Source of the DNA: Planktothrix sp. GU0601_MAG3
Lineage (GTDB): Bacteria; Cyanobacteriota; Cyanobacteriia; Cyanobacteriales; Microcoleaceae
Assembly: GCA_035193785.1 (NCBI GenBank)
Contig: CP136572.1
Span: 480,001 to 544,000 of the forward strand
Reading direction: 5' to 3'
DNA: 64,000 bases
The notes beneath the pieces were generated by a model that was not told where the DNA came from, ran no database searches, and saw only the letters and a program-made list of their open reading frames with translations. Of the stretch, positions 63,084 through 64,000 are shown one piece after another (position 1 is the stretch's first letter; every line of letters begins with the position of its first letter). Made by a program: the position numbers and the translations under genes.

Positions 63084-64000
63084 ATGGTAACTCTTTACGT
63101 CAACCCCGCCACTGGAAATGATTTTAGTTCCGGGGAGTCGAATAAACCCTTTAAAACCCTCAAAAAAGCCCTTTCTCAAGCCGAGTCTGGAACCACAATT
63201 TACCTAGAAACCAGGAACTTATAGTAGTTTAACTGGTGAAACCTTTCCCCTTACCCTCGCGGATGGTGTCATAGTCATCGGGAATGAGTCAGGTAAAGGT
63301 AGTGGCATTTTAATCGAAGGGAATGGACTCCATAGCAGTAGCAGTGCTGGGAGTCAAAATATTACGATTTTGATGGAAAATAACGCCCAATTGCGAGGCG
63401 TAACCGTTACCAATATTCAAACTAGAGGAACTGGAGTTTGGATAGAATCTCAATCTCCAATAATTGCTAACTGCACCTTTACCCGATGCAAACGAGAAGG
63501 GATTTATGCCGTCGGTTCGGGAAATCCTCGAATAAGCAATAGTATTTTCGTGCAAAATGAAGGCTATGGAGTCTCCATTGAAGGAGAAATGAAAGGGGAA
63601 ATCGGAGGCAATACCTTTGAGAATACCGGATACGGCATTTCCCTGAAAAATCAAGCCGCTCCGTTAATTCGGGATAATGCTATTGTCGAAAACCGTTCTG
63701 GGATATTAATTGCCGAGGACTCCCAACCGATTCTGCGTCAAAACTTAATTGAACGCAATAGCGGGGATGGAGTGGTAATTATGAATCAGGCTACACCGGA
63801 TTTAGGAACCGCCCAAACCCCAGGGGGAAATACAATTCGGAATAATGGCGGTTTTGATGTCCAGAATGCCGGGACTGCCAGCTTAACCTCCTTTGGAAAT
63901 ATTCTTAGTTCTACTCGCGTTAAAGGAAATATACAAGTCGTGACTCAAAGCGTACCAACCGCAGCCTCTGCAACCCTGTTTGTTAATTCCGCCACCGGGA
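63084..64000 (+). CDS. DUF1565 / beta-helix protein (runs off window; apparent frameshift at ~63208)
   Basis: MVTLYVNPATGND...PFKTLKKAL...IYLEPGTY...GETFPL after correction; a second LFVNSATG repeat begins at the window end. Confidence 0.8.

Noticed and set aside
63310..63654. Minus-strand 114-aa ORF
   Set aside because: Antisense to the DUF1565 gene, whose frame is open to the window end after correction.

Overview
Chromosomal window of a filamentous cyanobacterium. Abundant HIP1 (GCGATCGC), STRR-type repeats, psbK, chlB and the dapF/hfq pair support this; a Planktothrix-like identity is my inference. Positions 1-15.8 kb hold a tandem array of secreted DUF4347...RTX proteins: two have 7-bladed FG-GAP propellers with hypervariable loops and one is Gly-rich with Ig-like repeats. 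Each unit ends in the same spacer plus a 3' remnant of the convergent TPR-GT41-TIGR03032 fusion gene. The rest is mostly housekeeping: dapF, hfq, two PEP-CTERM paralogs, ATP-grasp/alpha-E, psbK, ECF sigma/anti-sigma, gyrB with two inteins, miaA, M16 peptidases, pepP and chlB. Two small defence pockets (AIPR; TA pairs plus an MTase-Mrr fusion) each sit head-to-head with a sensor-less HTH-STAND ATPase. The strongest window-wide signal is that 29 of the 30 frameshifts I could place are an extra A/T in the 4-bp motif GAAC/GTTC, including in gyrB and chlB. They are therefore very probably sequencing artefacts marking a DNA modification, and GAAC/GTTC is the known Dnd phosphorothioate motif. Frameshifted genes are reported as single CDSs. 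All family assignments are by eye; no searches were run.
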